Source: Bacteroidota bacterium
Lineage (GTDB): Bacteria; Chlamydiota; Chlamydiia; Chlamydiales; FEN-1388
Direction: 5' to 3'
Assembly: GCA_013285825.1 (NCBI GenBank)
Contig: JABDGV010000002.1
Span: forward strand, 132,245-196,244
Length of the DNA stretch: 64,000 bases
Position 1 is the stretch's first letter. Every line of letters begins with the position of its first letter. Below are positions 47,303 to 56,795 of the stretch, in pieces. Both the position numbers and the translations under genes were made by a program. The notes under the pieces are model-generated. The model searched no databases. It worked only from the letters and a program-made list of their open reading frames with translations, and was not told the DNA's origin.

Positions 47303-48403
47303 ATGACTTTATTACGCAGAGTACTTAACGATCCCACTTTGAAAGGAGAATCACTTCTTTCTCCCATCAACTATTTTAGTAACAAAATTCGATCATCGAA
47401 GAGTGATGTTTCTGAAGCATTTGATGAATGCGCCACCTATCGAAAATATAAAAATTTGATCCCTGCGCATGGCCAAAAAACTGTCATGAAGGCTCAGGAT
47501 TTAGCATGCTTGAGCATTAACAAAGATGGAACGTCGGATAGTCTGTTCTTTAAACATGACACCTTTGAAGTGACAGCTCTTCCAGGCGGAAAATCCTATG
47601 AAGTGATTCGAAGGCGAGATCCCGCGTTCCAGAACCATTCGTATCGCCGGATTTTGTTTAATGAAACAGTTTCAAGAATTATAAAGTCCATTGGATGGAT
47701 TGCTCTTGCCATTTTAGTCATACCCTTTCTTCTTCCCGTTGGAGCGATAGCTCTTTGTCAAAAAGCCGCCGATCTTCGGACCAGACGGTTACATTGTCAG
47801 CGGCCGCTTATTGTTGAAGAGCTTCCCCTAAATAAGAAAGAGTACCAACAGGTAGCTGATATTGCTCATCTTTGGGAGCGTGAAGGAGGTGCAAGGAAGA
47901 CTCAAATAGCGGATAAAACTGAAAAGGAAGTCTTTGCCTCGACCGAATCTGTCTGCAGGGCTCTTGCTTCGTGTCTGGAAAACTCTAAAGAATCAAAACC
48001 CTATTTTGACTCAATGTATATCTGTTCGGATGTTGAACATAAGAGACCTCAAGCAATTGCTTTGACTAAAACTACAGCGATTTGGAAAAGAAGCAGAAAA
48101 AAATTAGGCAACTATCTCAAACTCTCCTATCTTGCTTCCAACCCAGATAATATACGTTCTAAACTCAACGAACATATTTATACTCGAGTTGAGGGCGCCG
48201 GTAAAAAAACGCTTTTCCACCTGCTTAAAATAGCTAAAGATAAGAGTCTCAAGGGTGTCTATCTCGAAGCTGTTGAGAGCGCGGTTCCCTTCTATAAACG
48301 ATTTGGTTTTAAGCCTCTTAATCCTAAAGTGGTGAAGATGTCTGAGAAAAATCTTCAGCCTATGCATATCACTCAAGATGCGATTCGTCAGCTGGCGCTT
48401 TAA
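47303..48403 (+). CDS. membrane-anchored protein with C-terminal GNAT N-acetyltransferase domain
   Basis: Hydrophobic segment IGWIALAILVIPFLLPVGAIALC at about residues 130-155. The C-terminal RVEGAGKKTLFHLLKIAKDKSLKGVYLEAVESAVPFYKRFGFKP matches GNAT motif A (R/Q-x-x-G-x-G/A) plus the 'FY.+.GF' end. Confidence 0.65.
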   Translation: MTLLRRVLNDPTLKGESLLSPINYFSNKIRSSKSDVSEAFDECATYRKYKNLIPAHGQKTVMKAQDLACLSINKDGTSDSLFFKHDTFEVTALPGGKSYEVIRRRDPAFQNHSYRRILFNETVSRIIKSIGWIALAILVIPFLLPVGAIALCQKAADLRTRRLHCQRPLIVEELPLNKKEYQQVADIAHLWEREGGARKTQIADKTEKEVFASTESVCRALASCLENSKESKPYFDSMYICSDVEHKRPQAIALTKTTAIWKRSRKKLGNYLKLSYLASNPDNIRSKLNEHIYTRVEGAGKKTLFHLLKIAKDKSLKGVYLEAVESAVPFYKRFGFKPLNPKVVKMSEKNLQPMHITQDAIRQLAL

Positions 48404-48411
48404 TTTACTCG

Positions 48412-50853
48412 CTATTTTTTTGAAGACTTGAAGAGATGTTTAACAACAAAGGGATCATCTGATTTAGCGAAAAAGTCTTTGTCAGTGATGTACTTTTTTA
48501 AAACGTTTGGGGCCATTTTTTCCAATTGTACATTGGCGGGGAAGATCTGCTTGAAAAGAGCGGGTTTTTGTTGAGGAGTTTCAGGGAGTTCTGAGAGAAG
48601 CTTCTCTTCAACGTTTTTTAAGGCCATTATCGTGACAGCCCCGACGAAGTCTGAGCAAAATATCTCTTTTGGGTTCTTTTCTGAACCACCTAAGAGAAGT
48701 TCTTTTTCTTCTCCAGCTTTTGATTTTCCTAAAGAGGGCAGAATCGATTTCATTGCACGATTCCCGTCAAAAAACTTTAGGCTGCTTTTCCATTGTTCCG
48801 TATGTTCAGCTATCAGTCTATTAACCTCTGCTTCATATTGGGCTAGAACATCTTTAGCAATGGATTCATCCGACTGATTTTTATACGTATCAAGCTGTTT
48901 TAACGATTGAAGACCATTAGTGGTTAGGATTTTGTTAAAATTGGGATGAAATCCATTACAACAAAGAGCATCGCTTACACCATACTTTTGTCGTCCAAAA
49001 GACTTAATTATATGAGCAACATTTTGGTTGGAGTTGTCCCGTTTTGTACCTATGGCTGCATGAATAACCCCTTCCGTTCCGAGTGGTTTCAGGGCTCCTA
49101 TTCCCTGCCTTTTGACATCAGCGACAAGAGCTGTTGCGGTTTTATATAGAGCCTTGATGTTCAAAGCGAGGACATCCTGGAATATTCCTTGGAGGGTGTA
49201 GGGCTCTCCTCCCATAGTTTCTTTCTTTAAGATCTCATCATCAAGCAGAATCTCTCCAGATTTATAGGAGGGGGTTAAATCAGATATAAATTCGATTGTA
49301 TTTCCAATTTTTGCACTCTTTGAACTTATTTTATGGATATTATGCAATTCTGAATCTTCATCTAATTTACCACGTAATTGTTCAAATAGATCGCCTTTAC
49401 CTTCGACGCCGGCCATTTTGCTGATGGCGCCATACTCCTTTCTCGTTAATTGAAGATCAGACGCTGTTTGGGGTAAAGATGGGTCGTTCGATAGATTTTG
49501 GATTGTGCTCAAATAGGTACATACAGCTTCATTTTCAGGACTGCTGCATCTTTTGGTTAGAGCATCATCACAATCTCTGAAGAGCTGTATTAGATTTAAT
49601 ATTTCATCATCTTGTTTTAGTGAAAATAATTCGTATTTTAAATCAGTTAATTTATCTATATCAGCTTCATTTACACCTTTAGATTTTATACTGTCCATTA
49701 TATCTGCTACTCGAACTTGAAGTTGGTTGCTATATTGATCATTAGCTTTTTTATCACTACCAAAAGGCTGTTTTTCCTCGCCAACCCGCTTTATTTCACC
49801 ACAAAGATAGGAAAGATTGCCCACTGTCTTAGCAACTGTATTGTTATAGGCTTCACTAATATCAGTTTCTTGAGGGAGGTTTAGTTTTAAGGAATTTAAT
49901 AAATTGTCGCCTTTCTCATTCGCTGAGGTAGCTGCGTTCAAAAATGTCGTTTTAAAGGTAAATGTTCGAAGATCTTCTAATACGCTTAGCTCTTTTTTCA
50001 AGATACTGAGTTGTTCGTTTAATTTTTTTGCATGGGGAGTCCATGTGGGCTCCTCCTCAATCTCCTTTTTCAAAACCTCAATTTTTTTCGATAGGATGGA
50101 GATTGGCTTTGATAGTCTCACATTAAAATCCATGTTCCCTATGCAGTACTTGATAAAATCGTTTACTTTAGGCTTATCTTCATCTGCGAGTGTAGCTGGA
50201 TCTTTTATAAACTTAGTAAGGATCGAAATATTCTCATTTTCATATTTACTTTGTTCTTTGGTTGGTTTGAGACGCATCGGGTTGGACTCAATATTTTTTG
50301 CTCCCGCATTTAATTCGGGAAAGTTATCGAGTACTTTTTCATACTCACTGCGTTCTGTTACCGTTGCAAGAAGCGCGGAAGCCTCTTTCAATTTTCCTTG
50401 ATTTTGGAGACTAACTGCCTGACGAAGAACTGATTCGGTCGATTTCTCAGCTCTTTTTCCCATGAACATTTCAATGCCAACTTCTTTTTCGATGTGGCTA
50501 TCATACAGCTTCTGCTTCCAGGTAGAGGCGCTTTTAGCAATACTAGTATGGTAGTCATACTTCTCTGTTGCGGTATTCATCGATTTCAAGTCGCTCGTCA
50601 TCGATTTAAGAGCGCGATCAGCCCGCCACTTGCTTACTCGTTCAACCACATCGAGGATTTTCATTGGTATGTCGTGAGCAATCTTATTGAGCGACGTTAA
50701 AAATTTGGTGATATGGCCAGGATTAACGCCTGAATCGGCTGCCTTAGGATTGAGCGTAACATCTCTTCCGTCCAATTCCCCTCGTTCTTGGGAGATAGGC
50801 TGTGAGGATTCTTTATTTACAGGAGTGATATTAGGAGGTTGAACGGACATCAA
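48412..50853 (-). CDS. large hypothetical protein (813 aa), no Sec signal; candidate effector
   Basis: Long uninterrupted ORF, mostly helical and Lys/Glu-rich. No recognisable catalytic motif. Confidence 0.75.
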   Translation of the reverse strand: MMSVQPPNITPVNKESSQPISQERGELDGRDVTLNPKAADSGVNPGHITKFLTSLNKIAHDIPMKILDVVERVSKWRADRALKSMTSDLKSMNTATEKYDYHTSIAKSASTWKQKLYDSHIEKEVGIEMFMGKRAEKSTESVLRQAVSLQNQGKLKEASALLATVTERSEYEKVLDNFPELNAGAKNIESNPMRLKPTKEQSKYENENISILTKFIKDPATLADEDKPKVNDFIKYCIGNMDFNVRLSKPISILSKKIEVLKKEIEEEPTWTPHAKKLNEQLSILKKELSVLEDLRTFTFKTTFLNAATSANEKGDNLLNSLKLNLPQETDISEAYNNTVAKTVGNLSYLCGEIKRVGEEKQPFGSDKKANDQYSNQLQVRVADIMDSIKSKGVNEADIDKLTDLKYELFSLKQDDEILNLIQLFRDCDDALTKRCSSPENEAVCTYLSTIQNLSNDPSLPQTASDLQLTRKEYGAISKMAGVEGKGDLFEQLRGKLDEDSELHNIHKISSKSAKIGNTIEFISDLTPSYKSGEILLDDEILKKETMGGEPYTLQGIFQDVLALNIKALYKTATALVADVKRQGIGALKPLGTEGVIHAAIGTKRDNSNQNVAHIIKSFGRQKYGVSDALCCNGFHPNFNKILTTNGLQSLKQLDTYKNQSDESIAKDVLAQYEAEVNRLIAEHTEQWKSSLKFFDGNRAMKSILPSLGKSKAGEEKELLLGGSEKNPKEIFCSDFVGAVTIMALKNVEEKLLSELPETPQQKPALFKQIFPANVQLEKMAPNVLKKYITDKDFFAKSDDPFVVKHLFKSSKK

Positions 50854-50942
50854 AATCTCACACTTTTCTCAACTTCAGTATATACTTTTTTTGATTTATA
50901 GAGTGAGGTTACTTAGGGGTATAAGAGGGAGAATCAAAGAAG

Positions 50943-52355
50943 TTATATCTCTGTATCGGATTCTTCAGTGAGCTCATTCATATCGCGGTCGATCTGTCCG
51001 CTGGTGCCGAGGCCGCCTTTACTTTGGCGTCTCTTGGTGCGCTCTTCTTTTCCACGTATATGGAAGACGAAGGGGACGCCGGCGAAGGCAAAGGTTTCAC
51101 GCAGCTGGTTGATCAGATAGCGCTTATAGCTATCATCAAGAAGTGCGGGTGAGTTGACAAAGAGGACAAAGCGGGGAGGCGTGATGCCCACCTGAGCTAA
51201 GTAATAGATTCGAAGCCGTTTTCCGCCGATAACAGGAGGATGGTATTTCTGCAGCCAACTCATGGTCGCTTTATTGAGCTGGTGGGTGGTAATACGATTG
51301 CTGGATGCTTTTATCACCTGATCTACGAAGATGAAGACCTTTTCAAGGTTACGTCCAGAGAGAGCCGAAATACAGATTTTCGGGCAGTGCTTGACAAAGA
51401 AGTTTTCATCATCAACTTCCTTCAAAGCGTGCTCCATCCGGAATCCTTGAGCCAAGTCCCATTTGTTAAGAGCTATGACTAAGCCTTTGCCAGCCTCTTC
51501 AACTTGGCTTACGATCTTCTTATCTTCCGTTGTCAAGCCTAGCTGGCAATCAATGAGGAGGACGCAGACGTCGGCTCGATCGATCGCTGTCTGGGTTCGA
51601 ATGGTAGCAAACTTCTCAACAACTTCCTTTTCCTTATGCTTTCTTCGAATTCCAGCGGTATCGATCAGGATAAATTTCTTTCCCTCAATCTCAACTTCCG
51701 TGTCGATGGAATCGCGCGTTGTTCCCGCAATGGGGCTGACAATGCAGCGCTCTTCGCCCAAGAGTTTGTTGACAAATTGAGATTTCCCAACGTTTGTCCT
51801 TCCAATAATGGCAACTTTTGGAGGGGTTGCAACTGTTTCGTTTGAGAAGTTTTCAGGATTAAGAGGATTTAATGCCGCATCGAGAAGCTCTGCAATCTGG
51901 AAGCGGTGAAGGGCTGAGACTCCAATCATTTGTGGAATGCCAAGGGATGCAAAAGCTAAAAGTTCTTCAGCGCGCGCTTCATTGTCGACTTTATTGACGG
52001 CCAGACAGACCGGTTTTTTCGTTCTGCGTAAAACTTTGGCAACTTCTAAATCAAGAGGTGAGACGCCCACAGTGACATCGACGACCTGAATGATGCTGTC
52101 TGCCTCTTCGATAGCGATGAGTGCTTGGCGTGTGACATCGTCAGAAAAGGGAGCGTGCCCTTTTTCAGAAATTCCCCCAGTGTCGATAAGGTCAAAAACG
52201 CGGCCAAAATGGTCTGTGGTAGCGTAGAGGCGGTCGCGAGTGACTCCTTCAGCTTCATCAACAATCGAGATTCTTTTTCCCAATATTGCGTTAAAAAGAG
52301 CCGATTTACCAACGTTTGGGCGCCCAACTAGGGCAACAAGTGCATGACGTGTCAT
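50943..52355 (-). CDS. der: ribosome-associated GTPase Der (EngA)
   Basis: Two tandem G domains (GRPNVGKS...DTGG...NKVD and GRTNVGKS...DTAG...NKWD) plus a KH-like C-terminal domain. Confidence 0.95.
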   Translation of the reverse strand: MTRHALVALVGRPNVGKSALFNAILGKRISIVDEAEGVTRDRLYATTDHFGRVFDLIDTGGISEKGHAPFSDDVTRQALIAIEEADSIIQVVDVTVGVSPLDLEVAKVLRRTKKPVCLAVNKVDNEARAEELLAFASLGIPQMIGVSALHRFQIAELLDAALNPLNPENFSNETVATPPKVAIIGRTNVGKSQFVNKLLGEERCIVSPIAGTTRDSIDTEVEIEGKKFILIDTAGIRRKHKEKEVVEKFATIRTQTAIDRADVCVLLIDCQLGLTTEDKKIVSQVEEAGKGLVIALNKWDLAQGFRMEHALKEVDDENFFVKHCPKICISALSGRNLEKVFIFVDQVIKASSNRITTHQLNKATMSWLQKYHPPVIGGKRLRIYYLAQVGITPPRFVLFVNSPALLDDSYKRYLINQLRETFAFAGVPFVFHIRGKEERTKRRQSKGGLGTSGQIDRDMNELTEESDTEI

Positions 52356-52426
52356 AAAATGAGGAAATTCTATCAGATGGGATTGATTAATACGACCTAA
52401 TATCTCTGGTTTGGTATTAATACTAC

Positions 52427-53788
52427 ATGGACAACTACCTATTATTTAAACAAGCCGTCTGTTTGATTTGGTTTTTTGAAACTCTTGTGCTATGGCCGAG
52501 ATTTGATATCTATTTTGGTCCTCAGGTATTTCCTAAGAGTCTGTTTACAACTCCCTTTCGTATCCACGCCTTTCACCTGCTTCTCTTGACAACCCTGATT
52601 TTTTTGTTCCTGAACTGCTATTCGCTTGCGGCCAGTTTTATTCTTTTTCTTTGCATGCGCTATCTCTTTGTTTCAGGCGCTAATAGTCGGATTGCCACAT
52701 TTGGAGCTGTAGGACACATCTGCTTTGTCACTGCAGCCTACCTCTTCTTTTTTGAAGCGGCCTTTGTTCTCGATCCATCGCATACGCTTGCACTCTTCAT
52801 TCAGACTGTTTTGGCAATTGAAATTGGGATCATTATGCTCTCGTCTGGGGTTCATAAGTATTTTTCAGGATATCTACATGAGAGCGGGTTTGAATATGCA
52901 CTCGTAAATCCAAGTTGGGGAAAATTTTTCTTCTTTTTCAAGAAACTAAAACCTTCGTCGTGGTTTTTTAAAGTTAATAACTACGCAGCCGTTTCTTCCG
53001 AACTTTTGATAGGGCTCTTTTTCTTCCTGCCTCAAACGCGAATATTTGGCGCCTATCTTCTTCTGATCACATTTCTGTATGTATTTCTGACGGTGCGCGT
53101 CAACATCTTACCCCTTCTCATGATGAGCCTCACTCTGCTCTATATAAAACCGATCGCCTTCCATTTCCCCATTTTAAATGAGGCTGTCCCTCAGTTTGTT
53201 ATTCCAGAAGCCGCCATCCAACTTATAAAGGCCATTTTTATCCTCTATTTGGCTCTCTATATTTTGATTACTCTTGTTCGTATGTTGCAGATGAACGGAA
53301 AAGTGGCTATTCCCACTTTCCTCATAAAACCTATGCGCTTTTTTATACGTGCCAGGCCCTGCTTTGAATGGAGTGTGTTCACGTTTAAGTTTACCCACTT
53401 TTTTATCAAAATTACAAAAGTTTCCAAGAGGACAAAAACGATCACAGCTACGCTCTTTGATGGCTTTTCAAAGAACTATCGAGAGCTCTTTGATGATCCC
53501 AGATTGTTTTTCAGGTTTATCCATCATCATGAGGCCTCTTTTTTACTGAATATCTTTGCTCCATTGAGCTTAGCAAGAAATGAGGAGATGGAGTGGTATC
53601 TGAAACTGTTCATTCAAAAAATAGGTATGTACGTAAAGAGTTTTGTTTCTGAGTCTGAGTTGGAAGATACAGTTATTGTTTTTACTCTCATGCATATCAA
53701 GAAGGGAGAGGATGCATTTTTCTATTCGCCTGTGATGAACTTCTTCGTGGATGTGAAATCAGGCGAAGTCCTAGTTGACGATTCTTGA
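52427..53788 (+). CDS. polytopic integral membrane protein, function unknown
   Basis: About 8-10 hydrophobic helices in the first 300 aa, followed by a soluble C-terminal domain. The N-terminal part is only loosely reminiscent of HTTM-type membrane domains, and this is not established. Confidence 0.7.
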   Translation: MDNYLLFKQAVCLIWFFETLVLWPRFDIYFGPQVFPKSLFTTPFRIHAFHLLLLTTLIFLFLNCYSLAASFILFLCMRYLFVSGANSRIATFGAVGHICFVTAAYLFFFEAAFVLDPSHTLALFIQTVLAIEIGIIMLSSGVHKYFSGYLHESGFEYALVNPSWGKFFFFFKKLKPSSWFFKVNNYAAVSSELLIGLFFFLPQTRIFGAYLLLITFLYVFLTVRVNILPLLMMSLTLLYIKPIAFHFPILNEAVPQFVIPEAAIQLIKAIFILYLALYILITLVRMLQMNGKVAIPTFLIKPMRFFIRARPCFEWSVFTFKFTHFFIKITKVSKRTKTITATLFDGFSKNYRELFDDPRLFFRFIHHHEASFLLNIFAPLSLARNEEMEWYLKLFIQKIGMYVKSFVSESELEDTVIVFTLMHIKKGEDAFFYSPVMNFFVDVKSGEVLVDDS

Positions 53789-53940
53789 TTATTTTACCTG
53801 CAATATGCTATATTTTTACCCATGAATATCCGATCTTTTGTCCTACAGCATCGCACTCTGTCCTTCCTGCGCCCATCGGCGCAATAACCTATCTCTCTAT
53901 TCACAGTTTTAGTATTTATTTATAAATTTTAAGGTTAATT

Positions 53941-54357
53941 ATGGAACCGTTCAAAAATAAACTTGTCGCTGTTTTAAATGAAAAAGTTGAGCCTGGGGTT
54001 ATTATGAATGCCCTTGCGCATATGTGCATTGGTTTTGGGGCAGCTCTTGGAAGAGATCCTTTGCGTCTTACAAGTTACATAGATGCAGATGGTGGAGAGC
54101 ACCCAGATATTTCTGAAATGCCCTTCATTATTCTCAAATCAAATTCAAATAAGATTCGCGCTCTTCGGCAGGAGGCGAAAGCCAAGGGGATTTTATTCTC
54201 GGATTTTACTGATACCATGACTATCGGGACCTATATCGAGCAGATAGAAAGGACAAAAATAACAAAAGATGAAAATCTGATCTATTACGGCATCGTTCTT
54301 TTTGGTGAATGGAATACAATCTCCGAGATGACGCGGAAGTTTTCACTGCTCAAATAG
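53941..54357 (+). CDS. DUF2000 domain protein
   Basis: Pattern K-LVAVLNEKVEPGVIMNALAHMCIGFGA...YIDADG...PFIILKSN...IRALRQEA...LIYYGIVLFG...TRKFSLLK matches my recollection of the DUF2000 (PTH2-like fold) family. The size, 138 aa, also fits. Confidence 0.6.
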   Translation: MEPFKNKLVAVLNEKVEPGVIMNALAHMCIGFGAALGRDPLRLTSYIDADGGEHPDISEMPFIILKSNSNKIRALRQEAKAKGILFSDFTDTMTIGTYIEQIERTKITKDENLIYYGIVLFGEWNTISEMTRKFSLLK

Positions 54358-54359
54358 AG
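54338..54359. repeat. 22-bp direct repeat, copy 1 (agttttcactgctcaaatagag), plus nearby gatttgagctatattt at 54387-54402
   Basis: Identical 22-mer at 54818-54839. The second block recurs as gatctgagctatattt at 54842-54857. Copy 1 forms the last codons and stop of the DUF2000 gene. Confidence 0.9.
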
Positions 54360-54442
54360 AGCAAGCTGAGGTTTCATCTAGATGTTGATTTGAGCTATAT
54401 TTGGCGCTCCGATCTCGTGGTAAAACTTGTCCTTAGGAATTT

Positions 54443-54492
54443 AACGCAGAGTAGCAAAGAAGTCGTCTTTGCGCCTCTGCGTTTAATATTTT
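54443..54492 (+). terminator. compound hairpin terminator downstream of the DUF2000 gene
   Basis: AACGCAGAG-ta-GCAAAGA-agtcg-TCTTTGC-gc-CTCTGCGTT (9+7 bp stems, 54443-54483) followed by TAATATTTT. Confidence 0.6.
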
Positions 54493-54588
54493 AAAAAACA
54501 ATTTTACACACGAAATCTGGAACGATACAATGACAACATTTTACCAGATAGGGCATCTCTTAAACAGTAAAATAGAGAGAATGATTTC

Positions 54589-54807
54589 ATGAAAACTAAG
54601 AAAGACGTCATTAAGAAAGAGAAAGAGGCGCTCTTGGAGGAGTTTTTATCAGCTGATAAAGATGCTGGAAATATCGAAGTAAAGAGAGATTTTTCTGCAA
54701 TTGCTGGGGAAGATTTTTTACATGATAGACTGAAAAAATCGATACAACAATCCAAAGAGGGCAAGGTAAAAAGCCAAGGCTCTTTTGCCAAGTACGTCGA
54801 CGAATGA
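54589..54807 (+). CDS. small hypothetical protein (72 aa), Lys/Glu-rich
   Basis: ORF preceded by gagagaatgatttcATG. It lies inside a segment bracketed by a 22-bp direct repeat. Coding status is uncertain. Confidence 0.4.
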   Translation: MKTKKDVIKKEKEALLEEFLSADKDAGNIEVKRDFSAIAGEDFLHDRLKKSIQQSKEGKVKSQGSFAKYVDE

Positions 54808-54817
54808 AATTTGGATT

Positions 54818-54857
54818 AGTTTTCACTGCTCAAATAGAGTGGATCTGAGCTATATTT
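54818..54857. repeat. 22-bp direct repeat, copy 2, plus second block
   Basis: See copy 1. Here the two blocks are 2 nt apart instead of 27 nt. Confidence 0.9.
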
Positions 54858-54883
54858 AATAAAACTACAAGTGCTACTCTTCC

Positions 54884-56770
54884 ATGGCTCGAAATCCTGA
54901 TGAAATTTCATTAAACCCGCTTCGGCGGGACATTTCAAGGTGCACCCCAAGCACCTTGAAGCAGGATTTTGTCTCAGGGTTGGCTGTCGCTCTTTTATCT
55001 CTGCCCCAAGCGCTTGCCTACTCAATCGTTGCAGGATTGCCACCCTCTGCGGGTATATTTGCTACAATCTTTGGGACGATTACTGCAGCTTTATTAGGCT
55101 CTTCAAGGCAGCTTGTTATTGGCCCAAACAACGCCTCCGTTTTGCTCCTCCAATCTGCAACCGCCGATATTCTCTACCGCTACTACCCATTTCTTGATGA
55201 CTCAGATCGAATGCTTGTCACAATTGAAATTATGGCGGCACTCACTCTCATCATTGGTCTTACACAAATGTCGGCAGCATTTTTCCGTTTGGGACGAATT
55301 GTGCAGTTTGTAAGCTTATCAGTAGTTGTTGGCTACGTTGCAGGATCAGCCTTCGCAATAGCCATCGATCAGCTCTATACCATTACAGGCATACGGCCTC
55401 CGACCGATCCCTATTCGCTCTATGAGAAGATTCAGTTCATCATTCTTCACTTGGGAAGAGTTCATTGGATTACCCTTGGAGTTGGGTTGGTTAGCCTATT
55501 TTGCTTGAAAACACTCAAGCGGTTGAATCTCAATATCCCCGTTTCGATTTTAATGGTTGTTGCAGTGACTGTTTTTGCCTCCATTTTTGAACTATCAAGC
55601 TACCACGATACTCGCGGGCGCGCTCTTCAACTTATTGGAGAGACAGAACTTGGAGGAGCCTTCTTTACTGCACGTCCTCCTCTTTTCGAATTCCGCCTCT
55701 TAAGCACCCTTATGCCCTACGCATTCGCTATCGCCTTTATTGGCATGCTTGAAACGCATTCTATTGGAAAATCCATTGCTGCCAATACGGGACAGCACCT
55801 TCAGACTGGCCAGGAGCTCTTTGCTCTTGGCTGCTCTAATTTTCTCATGTCGTTCTTTGGAGCGCTTCCCTGTTCCGGCAGCATCTCCAGAAGTGCATTG
55901 AACTATGAATCGGGGGCGAAGACTCGTTTTGCAGCTGTATTTTCAGGCATTATTGTCTGGATCATGGCTTGGTTTTTATGGCCATTAATGCAGTACATTC
56001 CCTTGGCGACACTTGCAGCGCTTCTTTTAGCTACATGTATACGGATGATTGATTTTAGACAGCTCAAGCTTTGCATGAGAACAACTCACTCTGATGAGCT
56101 CGTGCTCGTGGTTACATTCTTATCCTGCGTATTCTTAAGCCTTCAGGTGGCTTTTTACATAGGCATTATGCTTTCGATTGTTCTCTATTTGCGAAAGGCT
56201 GCCACACCTCGGGTGATGGAGTATGTCTACGATCCGGTCGCGTATGAACTCAAGCCTGTTTTGAACCATGTAAATAATGGCTCAAATAATAGTCCAAACA
56301 GTAGTCACCGTCCTGTGAGAATTATTAATGTCGAAGGCGAGCTCTTCTTTGGCGCAGTTGACCTTTTTCAGTTTGCCTTGCGAGAGATTGCTGAAGATGA
56401 TGTATCGACTAAAGTGATCATTTTGCGCTTGAAGCATGTTCGAGACTTGGATGCAAGTGCAGCTCTTGCCTTAAAACAGCTCCACGATTACTTGAGAAAG
56501 TATAACCGCCACCTAATTGTTGCAAGCTTTCCTCACCCAGTCTATGAAGTGCTTGAAAGCTCAGGGCTTACAAAAATACTTGGGAAGGACAACCTGATTC
56601 CTATCGATGAAGAGGCTCCATACCTATCTGTAGAACGAGCGCTCGCTCGCGCGCAGGTGCTCATTGAAGAGGATAAGCTCCACATCCCTCAGTCAGATGT
56701 TGCTGAAGATGACCTGGCTCCGCTTGCTCCGGAACACCCACAGCCAACAAACTTGTCCTCAAAATCCTGA
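54884..56770 (+). CDS. SulP-family anion transporter with C-terminal STAS domain
   Basis: N-terminal DFVSGLAVALLSLPQALAYSIVAGLPP motif, about 11 TM helices, and a C-terminal STAS domain (INVEGELFFGAVDLF...VIILRLKHVRDLDASAALALKQL...). Confidence 0.9.
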   Translation: MARNPDEISLNPLRRDISRCTPSTLKQDFVSGLAVALLSLPQALAYSIVAGLPPSAGIFATIFGTITAALLGSSRQLVIGPNNASVLLLQSATADILYRYYPFLDDSDRMLVTIEIMAALTLIIGLTQMSAAFFRLGRIVQFVSLSVVVGYVAGSAFAIAIDQLYTITGIRPPTDPYSLYEKIQFIILHLGRVHWITLGVGLVSLFCLKTLKRLNLNIPVSILMVVAVTVFASIFELSSYHDTRGRALQLIGETELGGAFFTARPPLFEFRLLSTLMPYAFAIAFIGMLETHSIGKSIAANTGQHLQTGQELFALGCSNFLMSFFGALPCSGSISRSALNYESGAKTRFAAVFSGIIVWIMAWFLWPLMQYIPLATLAALLLATCIRMIDFRQLKLCMRTTHSDELVLVVTFLSCVFLSLQVAFYIGIMLSIVLYLRKAATPRVMEYVYDPVAYELKPVLNHVNNGSNNSPNSSHRPVRIINVEGELFFGAVDLFQFALREIAEDDVSTKVIILRLKHVRDLDASAALALKQLHDYLRKYNRHLIVASFPHPVYEVLESSGLTKILGKDNLIPIDEEAPYLSVERALARAQVLIEEDKLHIPQSDVAEDDLAPLAPEHPQPTNLSSKS

Positions 56771-56795
56771 TAATGATAAAACATTTTTTCAAGAA

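Noticed and set aside
52427-53788. Assignment of the 453-aa membrane protein to the HTTM (vitamin K carboxylase-like) family
   Set aside because: There is only a vague N-terminal resemblance and I could verify no diagnostic residues, so it is left as an uncharacterised membrane protein.
56664-56795. Upstream extension of the outer-membrane protein ORF
   Set aside because: The extension overlaps the end of the SulP gene in another frame. The signal peptide begins at Met 56796.
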